Shown one piece after another: positions 1 through 13,055 of a stretch of 64,000 nucleotides of DNA. Every line of letters starts with the position of its first letter. Position 1 is the first letter of the stretch. The stretch is from Ginglymostoma cirratum (lineage: Eukaryota). The stretch covers positions 24,592,006 to 24,656,005 of the forward strand of contig JAHRHZ010000077.1 in NCBI GenBank assembly GCA_024137785.1. Direction: 5' to 3'. A program made the translations under genes and the position numbers. The notes under the pieces are model-generated. The model was given only the letters and a program-made list of their open reading frames with translations. It searched no databases and was not told the origin of the DNA.

Positions 1-125
1 AAGAAGGGTTTAGGCCCGAAACGTCAAGTTTTCCTGCTCCTCTGATGCTGCTTGGCCTGCTGTGTTCATCCAGCTCTACATTGTGTTATCTCAGATTCTC
101 CAGCATCGGCAGTTCCTACTACCCC
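1..125 (+). mobile_element. PLE family-A terminal repeat (pLTR) fragment; hammerhead core cut by the window edge
   Basis: aagaagggtttaggcccgaaacgtc...ttatctcagattctccagcatc, same sequence family as 648-800 and 61405-61546. Confidence 0.85.
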
Positions 126-647
126 AGAAGTTCTTAACTTCAGTTTGGGCTTGCACTAAGTTAGAATGATACCAAAGAGGCCAAAGCAGCAGTATTGGTC
201 TCAGTACTTGTCATAGTTCAGAGGAGAATAAACAAATCGGAACTATGCTCTCATAGTCCTGCAGTGCCAGTCCTGGGCCATTGGGTGTGTCTGTCACAGT
301 TTGCCAAGACTAGTTTGTGTGGAAAGCCCTAATGTATTTCTCCTTTCACACTTTGCTGATTTCCTGGGAGTCATGACCTACCTAAGTGGTGCTCAATAGA
401 TCATGAGATTTACTCTTTAAAGCACGGAAGTCTACTGAAGGACATGTTCATTCATCCAGAGTCATCGGAACTTCCTGTGTTTGTTTTATCTGCCTCTTCC
501 AATTAGGATTGAAATGATCATCCATGGTTCAAGTCTTAGAGAAATGTCTATTCCGGTTTGTAAAATAATCCCACTTGAGGAGAAATTTCATGCAAGTCGC
601 ATTGAACCATCACTCATGAAATAGAAAAAGAAATTGCAATATGTCTT

Positions 648-1374
648 AGAGATAAAAGGTACTGCAGATGCTGGAGAATCCGAGATAACAAGGTGTGGGG
701 CTGGATGAACACAGCAGGCCAAGCAGCATCATTGGAGCAGGAAAGCTTGACGTTTCGGGCCTAGACCCTTCATCAGAAATGGTGGAGGGGAAGAGGGTTC
801 TGAAATAAATAGGGAGAGATGGGGAGGCGGATAGAAGATGGATAGAGGAGAGGATAGGTGGAGAGGAGGCAGACAAGTCGAAGAGGCGGGGATGGAGCCG
901 GTAAAGGTGAGTGTAGGTGGGGGGGTAGGGGGGAGATAGGTCAGTCCAGGGAGGACGGACAGGTCAAGGGGGCGGGATGATGTTAGTAGATAGGAGATGG
1001 GGGTGTGGCTTGAGGTGGGAGGAGGGGTAGGTGGGAGGAAGGACAGGTTAGGGAGGCGGAGATGAGCTGGGCTGGTTTTGGGATGCGGTTGGGGGAGGGG
1101 AGATTTTGAAGCTTGTGAAATCCACATTGATACCATTGGGCTGCAGGGTTCCCAGGCTGAATATGATTTGCTGTTCCTGCAGCCTTCGGGTGGCATCACT
1201 GTGGCATTGCAGGAGGCCCAAGATGGACATGTCGTCTGAGGAATGGGAGGGGGAGTTGAAATGGTTCCCGACTGGGAGGTGCAGTTGTTTGTTGCGAGCT
1301 GAGCGCAGGTGTTCTGCAAAGTGGTCCCCAAGCCTCCGCTTGGTTTTCCCACCCGTTGTGGCTTCCTCTACATC
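648..1374 (-). mobile_element. 5'-truncated Penelope-like retroelement (family A): GIY-YIG endonuclease C-terminus + 3' region/pLTR
   Basis: ORF 1048-1395 gives KTKRRLGDHFAEHLRS...PVGNHFN...RRLQEQQIIFSLGTLQPNGIN, typical of a PLE GIY-YIG domain. Confidence 0.9.
745..780 (-). ncRNA. Minimal type-I hammerhead ribozyme motif in pLTR
   Basis: AUUU-CUGAUGA-A-GGGU(CUAG)GCCC-GAAAC-GUC-AAG on - strand. Confidence 0.7.
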
Positions 1375-2734
1375 TACATTCTTCTGCTTCATCACATCCA
1401 GCTTGGCCAGGCCTTGCTTACAGTCTGGAGCAAGTGAAGACCCAAGGAAACTCTCCCTGAGTTAGTTTTATAACCCGTCTGTGGATTCATAGAGAGTTGC
1501 TATGTTCCCAAGGTGCCTATAAGTTATCAGGTCAGACTAAGAGATGAAATTGATCTTTGCATTAATAGACATCTGACAAGAAGAAATCAGCTGCTAATTA
1601 TACCACCCATCCAATTTTATATCCTATTGACTTTAATAAAGTGTGTAAAATAAGACAGCTGATGATTCACTGCTGGTATTTTGTGCTATCGCTCATGACC
1701 AATTTCAAATTACCATTCCATGTTGTCTGGAGTTTCCATGGAGATGGGAAGACTTGTAACTGTCTAGTGCCTACCTTAACCTCAGAACATCCGAAAGTGC
1801 TTTATAGCCAATGAAGGACTTTGTTTTTGAAGTCACTGCTGTAGTTTAGGGAATCAGTGGGAGGCTGTGCTTCAGAGGGAAAATCTTTGTGCCGATGTGA
1901 CTATAGTGCTGTTTCACTTTGACTGCATGCTGTAGGTTGCTGGGGAAGAATTTTCCACCGTGTAGTTTGACTGAATTTTCTCTTTCTGTTACATACTCAA
2001 TAAGTTGATGTCACTATAGGTTGGGGAGGCCAGTAACCTGTTGTCTAATGAGTAGGGTAAGAACTCACATGGACTTGAAAGCCTTTATTGGGAGGACTGA
2101 ACTGTGGGGATTAACGCTACTTCTGGATTACTACTGCTGAGAATTCAAGTGAATGGAATTCCCTTGGTACAGCCAGGACCTACAGTAGCAGCTATCTCCC
2201 TCTGTAGTATAATCGCAAACACTCCATTTTAGACTATTTTCTTAACTGTGCTTACGTTGAAAGTTAATTTGGATTTCCTGTTCAGTTTACACAAAAATTC
2301 ATCCGGAGCCCTGCCATTTATAAAAACATTCATTTAGGCAGCCTGTCCTGTTTAAATGGATAGCAGGTCTGCAGTTCGTGAATTATGAACAAATGTTTAT
2401 CAACACAGATTGCAACCTGGTCGTCCAATTTTTTGGGGAAGCTCAGTTCCTGTTTGGGTGAATAAACAAAGTTGCCTGTTTAGTTGCAATCTGTGCTCAA
2501 TTATAACCAATTTTATGCAGAGGACTCTTGCCAAATTGAAACTAGATTGAGGTTATCCAAAGCAATTCCCTTTAAGACCTTTATAGCTGGCAAGAAAGGA
2601 AGGTGTCAACAGCTCAGCCTGGTACAAGGTCTCAGGAATAAAGAACAGCTTGTTACACAGTACACCTCCCAATCCTTCAGTTGTTTCCAGTCTTTAGTTG
2701 CTAAGTCTTTTTCCACCATTTGTTTTTTATATAT

Positions 2735-3135
2735 TCATATGTGAGATGGGGGTGTCATTGGCTGGCCGGTATTTATTGTCCGTCCCTAGTTGCCCTTGAG
2801 AAAGTGGTGGTGAGCTGCCTTCTTGAACCTCTGCAGTCCTCCTGTTGTAGGTTGACCCACAATGCTATTAGGGAGGGAATTCCAGGATTTTGACCTGGAA
2901 CGGCAATATATTTCTAAGTCAGGATGGTGAGTGGCTTGGAGGAGAAATTGAAGGTGATGCTGTTCCCAAGTATCTGCTGCCCTTGTCCTTCTAAATGGAA
3001 GTGGTCATGGGTTTGGAAGGTGTTGTCTGAGGATCTTTGGTGAATTTCTGCAGTGCATCTTGTAGATAGTACACACTGCTGCTACTGAGCATTGGTGGTG
3101 GAGGGAGTGGATACTTGTGGATGTACTGCCAGTAA
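2735..3135 (-). mobile_element. 3' end of a CR1/L2-group LINE (tail shared with SlmI-like SINEs)
   Basis: Reverse complement ends gggcaactagggacggacaataaataccggccagccaatgacacccccatc; same family as 40810-41582 and 58370-59180. Confidence 0.75.
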
Positions 3136-4039
3136 ATAACCAATCAGTTCCAATTACCTCACTTAACTCCATTGGCTATCGATTTTTTTTTACAAATTTT
3201 GCCTGCTCAATATTACTTAGGCCAGAGTGACCATATTTTTAAAAATGCAGGAATTAAAGCATTTTGTGTGGAATAATATGTATCTCAGCCTAATTACAAT
3301 TTTCTAATGGAGGATTTCGCAGGATGCCTTACTGTGAACAACTGCAGTTCTTAACTGCCACTGATACACACAGTCCAGGTCTCACTGTGGTGGAGTTCAG
3401 TGATGAGAGCTGTTCTATACACTAGGAGATTTGCTGACTTGCAAGTGTGTGGCCATTAACTGAACCTGCAATTTAATTACAGCCATGAACTCATCTACTG
3501 GGAGAGGTTGTTTTGAATATTTGTCATTTAATTTTATTAGGAGAGGAGAAATTAATTAAAACATCCACTTTTTTTTGCACTAGCAAAGACTTGTCAGCAT
3601 GGTGTCCCATGTGAACAACACTGCCTTTCCTTTTAATTCTCAAAATTCAAAATGGTCCTGGAGTTATATTGATTGTACAGCATAGAAGCAGGCCATTCAG
3701 TTCAACTGATCTTGTTCCATAGTAGCCTCTTCCTTCTTCATCTAATCCCATCAATATAACCTTCCATTCCTTTCTCGCTCACATATTTATCTAGTTTCCT
3801 CATAAGTTTATCAATTTATTCTTTGGTTTGAAAGTGAGTTTCACATTCTCACCATTTCCTGGTTGAAAATTATTGGATTTATTATTTTTGGTCTCCACCA
3901 CAAATGAAAACATCTTGACAGATGTCCTATCAAACCCTTTATAATTTTAAAGATATCTGTTTGCCCAACCCAAGTCTCCTCTTTTCTAGAGATGAGCAAG
4001 ATCCTCTTGCTCTCTTCCTTTCTATATGCAAGAATATCA

Positions 4040-4650
4040 GCCTGACCTTGAATGTTTTTGTCAAATATCAACTCAGATCTAGTCAGCCAAACATTCCAGG
4101 TTCCATAGATGTTGAAGGAAAGATTCTGGAATATGTTGAGCACTTCCTATATCATTGCAGCCACCTCTCTCAAAAGACAGGGATACTGACACCAGATCAG
4201 CTGCACTATAAACTACAGCAGTAGGAGTGTGACAACAAAGAACTCTACAAGTCAGCAAAGCTCCTAATTTACAGAGCTGCTTTGAGACCCAGACTGTGCA
4301 TATCAATGGCGGATAAGAGCGCAAGAAATTTTATTTGCGAAGTTTCTATCTCATCCTCCAGATCCAATAGGAGGACCATCAAACAAACACTTGTGTCCTT
4401 GAAGCCAATTCCTCAAGCACTCAGGCAAAACTCCCATAAATTCAAATTCATTCGACTAACATTGTGGCCAGAATAGGAAGAAAAAGAAGAAAATCTTGCA
4501 CGCCAGATCCCAATGTCTCATGAGATGTCCTGCCCCATGTGCCAGAGGCTAAAGGATTGAGAAATTGCTCTACTATGTCACATAAAGAGTCAAGGCAGAA
4601 AATCACAACCTTCAGTCAACGACAACCTTAAAGCAAAGGATGGCAAATTA
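4040..4650 (+). mobile_element. Highly degraded RTE-like LINE fragment
   Basis: Remnant peptides KLLIYRAAL and LQIQ*ED resemble the RTE RT C-terminal region; many indels. Confidence 0.4.
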
Positions 4651-5309
4651 TAATGACATGTATGAACAACTTTTCTCAGTGAATATAAAAACATATTACT
4701 TTCTCTCCATCCATGTTTTTCCTACGGTATCTTCAATGCCAAAACTCACCTTTTCATCACATCCACCCTCTCAGTGTGCGTTTTCAGAGAGTATGCTGTG
4801 CAATGTGTGAGTTCGAATGGGGAATCTCACTGGGATGAGTGAGTGCCTTCAACTTGGGTGAGAGGTCAGCATCATTCCCAATCTTCTGGCTGTTAATTGG
4901 ATTGACTGGATTAGCAGGAGCACCAAGAATTGCACACTCATTTCTCTGGATCTCCTGGTGAGCCAGACTCTGCACTTGGAGTTCAAGCCTTGAAAGATTT
5001 CCTTGTTCATTAAAACTCTGCAGAAAAAGAAAACAAAGAAAAAGTTGTTATTTTCCCCAATGATATGGTAAGAGTCAAGTGCCAGATTTTGTGAGGCTGT
5101 AAGTTTTAAAACAATTGGGTATTTGTGACTCTCATATGCTTAGATCCTTTGGCTATTTGGCCTTGTAAAGACTTTTGATGCAATTTTTAGTAAAATGTTC
5201 CTTTTCAAGTGTAACTTACAGGGGTTTGAATCCACAGAATCTGATTGATCCTGTACTGGGCAGTTACTAGGCTCCAGTTAGAGCTAAGAGCAAATGAACC
5301 CATCATTGA

Positions 5310-5642
5310 TGCCACCTAACAGAGAGGTTTTTATTCCAAAACTATGCACTCTATAAAAGATCAAAAAAGTCTGAACATGCAGCAGCAGGTTCAAGAACAG
5401 CTTCTTCCCTGCCATTATTAGACTGATGAATGGACTCTCAAACTTCAAATAATCTTGCTTATGTTGATCTTGCCTAGCGCACACCCTGTGCAATGTAACC
5501 TGTATACCTCTGTCCAAGTTTCTTCTTTCACCCTATGATGTGTATTTCCACGCTTACTATGATCTGCCTGTACTACTCATAAACAAAGCTCTCACTGTAC
5601 TTAGGTACACGTGACAATAAGTCAATCAATCAATCAATCAAT
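5310..5642 (+). mobile_element. Rex1/Babar-type LINE 3' end with (TCAA)n tail
   Basis: RFKNSFFPAIIRLMN motif, then 3' UTR ending gtgacaataagtcaatcaatcaatcaatcaa. Confidence 0.75.
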
Positions 5643-6289
5643 GACTCATCGCTTAAAGGGACACGGGCCACACACAACCCACATCAACCGTAATACAATG
5701 CAACTTGCTTCAGGTGTTGAGGGTCCATTAAAAAAAACCCAGTCAATATTACTGCAAAGGATATGGGTGGAATGCTCATCACTCTGTTTAAGAAGGAATT
5801 CCTAGACAGGGAGTCTTTTTGTGAGCTTAATTACTCTGTTGGTCAATCAATGGGCAAGGAAACTGGGAGAAAGCCTTTGGTTTCCAAACCAGATGAAAAG
5901 TATGGCAACAAAAGGGTTCAATTTCCAGGGCATCTGGCAATAAAGTCAGAGTACATTCTCTCATTAAGTTTAGGACTGACCAGTTTCAGAAATTCTTCTA
6001 GTCAAAAGGCTGCATTTAGACCACTAACATGGACAATATAGTGTGTTTTCTCTTTGATGAGTGTTACAGAATAATAGCCAACTCAATTTTCAGAAGAAAA
6101 ATGAAATTTATTATTTTATTTGTTCATTTGCTGTTTATAAATCATTGCCCTAATGATTTATAATCAACTTTGTCTTGCTAAAATGTTAATTTGATATCTG
6201 AGGCGGCTGAATAACCTCAAATTAGGGTATTTGCAGGTTAAAATATTCAGGTTATCGGATTAGTCTTTCATTGTTTTGAGGCTGCATTT

Positions 6290-6960
6290 TGGTTTGATTT
6301 GATTCGATTTATTATTATCATATGTACCGAGACGCTGTACAAAGCATTGTCTTGCGCGCTAACCAGACGAATCATGCCTTACACAAGTACGTCAGGGTAA
6401 CAGAACAGAATGCAAAATATAGTGTTACAGCTACAGAGAGGGTCCTGGAATATGTCTTCCACTTGGTTCCTGAAGTCGATGGCCAGCTCCTTCATTTTGC
6501 TGACATTGAGAGAGAGATTGGTGTCTTTACATCATGCCATTAAGCTGTCAATTTCTTTCCTGAACTCTGTCTCATCATTATTTGAGATCTGACCCAATAT
6601 GGTGGTGTCATCAGCAAAATTTTAAATGGTGTTAGTGCTGAACTTGGCCACACGGTGGTGAGTGTATAAGGAATATAGTAAGGGGTTGACAGTGCAGCCT
6701 TGCATGATACTGGTGTTGAGGATTATGGTAAAGGATTGTTGTCACCTATCCTTACTGATTGTGGTCTGTGGGTCAGGAAGTTGAGGATCCAGTGGCAGAT
6801 GGGGCAGCAGAGTCCTAGGTTTCAGAGTTTGGAGATGAATTTGATTGGAATTGTGGTTTTGAAGGTGGAGCAAAAGTCAATAAATAGGAGTCTGATGTAG
6901 ATGTCATTATTATCCAGATGTTCCAGGGGGTGAGTGCAGGGCCAGGGAGATGGTATTCTG
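6290..6960 (-). mobile_element. Rex1/Babar-type LINE remnant (RT fragment + 3' tail, internally deleted)
   Basis: Minus strand gives ISLALHS..., RLLFIDF, WILNFLTHRPQSVRIG, NFADDTTILGQISNNDETEFRKEI; tail of aatc-like repeats. Confidence 0.8.
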
Positions 6961-8279
6961 TCTTGAACCTACTGCCCTCATAGACTAGGTATTAGGCATT
7001 AGGGGTAAACTCCTGATCATAGTGGACATGGGATCCATTTACAGGAAGACTAGTCGTGTGTGGAAACCGCACTGAGGATTCCACACCCTGTCCTAATCAC
7101 TGAGGAATCCCTAAATTCCAGGCACAGAGCTCCCTGTCTCAAAACCCCATTCACCACAATTGACATCACTAGTTCGCTCACTTGTTTGAAAGATCCCTTT
7201 TGAAGTTCAACTTAATATATTGAATATTTCTGTGACAGTTTTATTATAATTTTTTTAGTTGCAATAATCAAAGTAATTTTTGCATTGAACTTGAGAGGAC
7301 ACAAAGGTTTCTACGGGAGAGATGCACAAAATTGCAGGTCATGTTTAAATGAATGAATAATTGAGGAAGATGATTGCTGAGTGACATGGGAACAGTTGAG
7401 CACTCACCAACATTACCCCAGGCTGTTTGATTTATATTGCACCTTCAGAGGGCAGAAAATATCCACAGAAGGTCTTTCATTGAAACATTTTTGTGTGTTT
7501 TTGATAGAAAGTAGTACCTCTCTGCTCTCTTGAGATTGAATGAACCCATCACCCCACCAGATTTCATTGGGACGTTTGCCAGTTGAAATCTTTGCCAGTT
7601 GTGAAAGAGGACTTATGTACGCAGCAACAAAAACCAGCTGTTAGCTTGTCATTCAATGCCCAGTGTGACTGTGAACTGAATAATTTCCACTTGGAGATAT
7701 CAAGACAGTTGACTTCAAACTAGCTTCGTGATTTGCTGCTGGCACAGTTGGTGCTTTGTACTGTAAGATTAGCTTCCTTCAAGTTTTCTTGTGGAAATAT
7801 TACTTATGCTTATGAAGTTGGATGATATTGTAACCAGGGAACAAAATGTTTTGCATTTCAAGAGGCTCAGCATCATGGCAGCAGTTTACAGCATTAAGCG
7901 CCATCTGCTGTTCCACATCACCGCAACTACCCCTCCCCCCCCACCCGACCGGCTCCACAAATAACAGCGCTGAGTCACCCAGTGATACCTTGCATTCACT
8001 GATCCTATCGTGGTTGTGTGAGGGGACCAAATTAGCAGAACATCTCTGCTCTTGCCTCATTATCCACAAGCACTTATACCAAGATTGCCCAGGTTCATTT
8101 CACACAGTCAGAAAAGTGAGAACTATGATCATTGTTGAAGATGGATGAGGAATATCATTCCGAACCTAAACTCTTCCATTCATAAAAAGAATGTTCCCAT
8201 AATAGTGGCTTCAGGTCTGGCAGTTTCTCAGAGTTAAAATTCTCATCACTATTGATGAAGTGCTGCACTTTCTGAGAGT

Positions 8280-8645
8280 CCAGACTGAAAGAGCACTGTG
8301 CTGTTGGAGGGTTATGACTGAGGAAGTGTCAGAGGGCCAGTACTCTGGGGGAGCTGCACTGTCAGAGGGTGCCATATATCAGATGAGAGACTTCATCTAC
8401 TCTTTCAGGTTGGCACAAAAATACCGCAACTACTCTTATGGAATTGCAAAGGGATTCCCTACGCTGCTGTAACAACATTTATTCCTCAACCAAAATCACT
8501 GAAAACAAGAGATGATTTGGTCATTGCTGCTGTTGGGACCTTTCTATGAAGCAGTTGTCTGCCATGTTTTGTACATTGAACAGAGACTACACTTTGAAAG
8601 CATGTTATTCTACAGTGTAGGTGTTAGATAAACGCCAATCCTTTA
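8280..8645 (+). mobile_element. Old DeuSINE (SacSINE1/AmnSINE1-like) copy
   Basis: gctgcactgtcagagggtgccatatatcagatgaga...atttattcctcaaccaaaatcact...gactacactttgaaag resembles the recalled Deu domain and tail; similar tails at ~1760-1860(-) and ~27015-27105(+). Confidence 0.55.
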
Positions 8646-9688
8646 TTTTCATCAGTGTTACCATTCTTTTTAACTGTGCATGAAGAAATGTTCACCTTCT
8701 CTCCGACAGATTAGTTCAGCTCACCAAGTTGCTTTGTTTATTTGGAGCAATAACTCGTATTTGTCATGGGCATGAAGCAGTAAATAAATTCTGTACAAAC
8801 TCTCTGTTCCCTGAGCCAAAACATTTAATCAAACTGATGGAGAGGATTTATTGCCTAGAGTGCTAATCCATGTGAGCTGATTGTTACTAGACTCTAGAGT
8901 CAAATCATTTTTTCAAAAGGTTCCTCAAAAGACTTGACTAAAATATTCTACATAGACCTTGACATAACAGAGCCCCTCTGGGCACTGTTTAAGCAAAGAG
9001 TTGTAGATTCGAACCCCTACAAAGCGCTGGGAGTCAAACTGCCAATTCCAAATCCCTGCCAGACTATTTCATTCTCAGATCTTTACTTAACTTCTCTTTG
9101 TCCACTGCTGGAGACCTGCCAACCAATGTCAATCAAAGACTGCATTGCTTGGAGTGTTCCTCGGAGGCCAGTCAAATCGGGAGGGCAACTGGCAATATGG
9201 GGAAATGTCAACCAGTAAGCTTGTGTACTTTACTGCCTTTTCCACTTAAACTTGGTGTAATCAAATAATTAGAAAAGGCCAATTGCATGTTTGGAAGTCT
9301 CATTCTGTTAGTCCAAACATTGAGAGCTGGAGGGGAGGGAAACTAACTAACTGGTGAATCTGGTCTTGATAAACAGATTTATGATTCTGTTACATGAACA
9401 AAACAGGAAATCTTTCCTGAAGGTAAAATGCACGAACAAAATGAAGATTTAACATACTTATGATGGGTCCCATGATGCAGAAATGACTGAATGTGATTTA
9501 CCATCGATGAATCCTTGTGGGAAACACTCCTCTGCCTCCAATCCTCTCTGTTATCCCAGAAATAACAATAGATTCTCCATATGGAGGGACATGTTTACAG
9601 ATGGATTTGCTACAATAAGACAATAATTGAGAACAGCTTCACCTTGTATCAATGAATTCACAATCCTCTGCTATGATCCATTGTTCTG

Positions 9689-9840
9689 ATGTGTGTGTGT
9701 GTGTGTGTGTGTGCGCGAGTGACTATGACCGCGATTGACTCTGCTAATTGTGAGTGTGTGTGAATGTGAGCGCACTTGTCTATTACTTCATGTGTCTGTA
9801 TCAATTTGTGTGAATGAATGTGTGTTTGTGTGTGTGTACA
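9689..9840. repeat. (TG)n microsatellite with degenerate TG-rich extension
   Basis: Pure (TG) run at ~9690-9713 followed by imperfect TG tracts. Confidence 0.9.
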
Positions 9841-10654
9841 AATGCATGTTTGCGTTTTATTGTTTGTGAGTCTGCTCTGAATTTTATAGTTCTCCTTCCT
9901 CCTATTGTCTTTGTAATCCCAATTATATGTTGTAAACTGTGAGAAGTTAGATTGTTTCCAGTGATCGCTGGCCTGATTTAAGGGGCGTAGCTATAAGATT
10001 AAATGGAAGAGATTTAGGATCGAGAGTCGGAAGAACTTCTTTTACACAAAGGCTTATATGAGTCTATTAAAAAAAGAATCATTAAAACAGAGGCTATTTA
10101 AAAATGGTTTGGCAGGTGGATGATGAAAAAGGTGATAAAGGAGGAAGGAAACAGCACCTCTGTGGAGGAAAAACACCAGCGTGGAACTTTTGGATGTATA
10201 GGCTGTTTTCCTGCAGTAATTCTGAATAAAATGGAAAGTTGGGTAATTAATGCTTGCTTATCCAGGCAGGGCTTGTTTAGGCTATGAGTCCCTGGCTCCT
10301 AATTCCTTCAGCAGGGTTTCTGTTTCCAGGAGCAGACAGGCACGCTGCCAACATAATGAAATGACAGCCTCCCCCAGCAGGATTTTCACCCTTTTTTTTG
10401 AAAGACAACTTGGAAATACTTTAAGCAACATTGACAACAACTGTTGAAAGTTAAATGTCATGACATGGTACATTTACAGCCAAAGAGTGTGAGCTGAAGG
10501 AATGCTTTTTTTCTTTTTAATTAGCGCAGCATCTTGTGGTTTATTTTCTGATCAATTGGCCTTTGTGAAAAACAATCATCAGGGTATTGGACTATGTGCA
10601 GATATTTTATTTTGTGATTTGAATTTTACTTTTCTATTTAAACCTGCGTATGGG

Positions 10655-11015
10655 GAACAGTGATGTACTGATGTCACTGGACTGGTAATCTGGTGTCCTG
10701 GTTAATGTTCCCAGAATGTAGGTTCAAATTCTGCCAAGCAGATGGTGAAATTTGATTTCAATAAAATTTGGAGGTAAAAGTTAGTCTAACAGTAAATGTG
10801 TAACCATTGTTAATTGTTGTGTAAATTTATCTGATTTACTAATGTCCATTACGGAAGGAAATCTCCATCCTTACCTGGTTTGGTTCACATGTGACTACAG
10901 ACTCACAGAAAAGTGGTAAACTCTCAACTACCCTCTGAAATAGCCTAGAGTGCTGATCAGTACAGGGGCAATTAGGAATGTGCAACGAATGTTAACTGTG
11001 CCAGAGACCCCAGCA
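10655..11015 (+). mobile_element. tRNA-derived SINE with SlmI/MetaSINE-like central domain and LINE-derived tail
   Basis: B-box-like ggttcaaattc, core ggaaggaaatctccatccttacctggtttgg...gtgactacagactcacag, tail ggcaattaggaatg. Related copies at ~26840-26960 and ~46710-47050. Confidence 0.65.
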
Positions 11016-11074
11016 GTAGTTGTACTGGCTGAAGCCCATATTGTTCTCAGAAAACAACCTTCCGATCTGCAAAT

Positions 11075-11510
11075 CAGTTGAGGATTTGAGACAGTTTAGC
11101 CAACAGGAAAGACTAGACAAATTATTTCTCTTTTCAGTAGAAAAGAGAAGATTGCAGAGTGGCCTGATAGAGGTCTTTCAGATTGCAAAATGTTTCATTG
11201 GATAGAATTTAAGATGTTTCCTCTTGCGGTGGAGGTCAGCATTAACACCTATGAAAATGCCAGCCACTAATAAATTCAATCATGAATTCAGGTGAAAGTT
11301 CTTGACCTAGAGTGGCAGGATTGTGGAACCTGTTTCCAAAGACAGTGGTTTAGTTGAATTGTGTGGATGCATCAATGGGGAAACTGAGTGAACACTTGAG
11401 GGAGAAAGAAATGGGACAATATGGTGATAGTGTTTGATGAGGAAGGATAGAAAGTGATTTGTGTGCATCGTAAAACACTGTTTAGGCTGAATGTCCTGTT
11501 TCTACAGTAA
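11075..11510 (+). mobile_element. Degraded CR1-type LINE 3' fragment
   Basis: ERLDKLFLFSVEKRRLQSGLIEVFQI motif of the CR1 ORF2 C-terminus. Confidence 0.7.
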
Positions 11511-13055
11511 GTTTTATGGCATACTCACACCCAACCCTGTCCTATGCACAGTTACCCACCTCATGCCTGAAGTAAGGACTCAGGAGAGGGTGGACATGAA
11601 GACCTCTTTATATTTTATCCTAGTGACCAACAGGGATTTCCTGAATGCTGAAGTTAAACAATGGTGCTCATTTTGAGATTGTTCAATTCGTCCACCACTG
11701 ATCTAGAATGTCCCTCCAGAGGAAATAGTTTCACCATACCAAAGTTGTTAAATGTTTTTCTCGTCTTCTGCAGCTAGACAACCGCATCCTCGTAACCTTC
11801 ATGGAAATAGCATGTTGCTGAACTGTTTTAATGGGGTGTGTTTCTTGACTGTTATTACCCTTGTGTCTTGCAGACAGGGATTTATGTTGATGTACAGATC
11901 TGCCTGTCTGTTGAACTAGCCCACAGATTGTAGTTTTTACAACATAGTTAAAAACGACCTGACATTTGCCCAACACAGGAGCCACTAGCCGGTAGTCCTG
12001 ATGGCCTGTTTTGTTTTCCATAGCTCATTAACCAATTATGAAACTACTCTGTGTTATTGGGTAACGCTTAACAAAGTCACAATTAAATTAAGAACTTTCC
12101 TTGCCTAAATGGCACAGTGACAACTGCACAGCTATGTTTACTCAGAAAATCCCATAATAAAGATTTTCTCAAATAAGCTATGCAGTGAGGTTAACTAACT
12201 AGAGAAATGAATTTAGAGCAATCATCCACCCATTTCCTGTATAGGTTAAAGGTCACAAACCAAATAATGCAAACTTGTGGCAGTTATTTTTTGTTTGCAA
12301 GAAGGAATAACTTTACTGCGATTTTTTTATTAGCAAGTGATGAATCATGAATGATAGCCTTCATTAATAAGCCAGGGAAAGGAATCTGGTATTAATATGC
12401 AGTCCTCGATCTGCAGCATGGCTCATTATTACATTAATCATTGGTTTTGCATTGATGAAACATGTGATTGGAGCTTGCTGTATAACATATAATTATTGAA
12501 TTCCATCTCTCTCATGACCACTTCATTAACTGAATTTGACACAGATGTTACTCAAATTTTATTGATTTCATGAAAGATAGAATGCAGAATTGCAAACCTA
12601 AATATAGGTTTATGCCATTGCAAAGGAATTTGGTTCAACCTTCTATCGCGGTTTATGGCAGACCAGAGTTGAAATTTATTAACTCGACTGCAGATGTCTT
12701 AAACACTAGGCAATAAAAAATATCAATGCGGGTTTTATACTTCATACATCGGACAGTGGAGAAAGTTACACTTGACCATTCTTGGAACCTAAAGAACTTA
12801 TTCTGCCTTCACCTCTTTGTTGAGAAACCAACATGGAAGACAGTGCATCATGAATTGACCCCCAGGATCCAGAGAAAATGACAGTCCTAGATTTCCGTGT
12901 GATTTAACTCTGTAAGCCCCACTATTATGCCGTGGAACATACTGGAGTATAATAGTTGCAAATGTACTGCCATCTGTAGGAACAATAGTGAGTTGACTGG
13001 AGTCACTAGCCTGGCATCTCACTCTCAGCATCCATTGCTATATATCCTCCTTTTC

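Noticed and set aside
729-1352. 207-aa Pro/Ser-rich ORF as a novel protein
   Set aside because: Alternative frame of the PLE endonuclease and its C-rich 3' region; other Pro-rich ORFs (e.g. 19479-19691) have the same origin.
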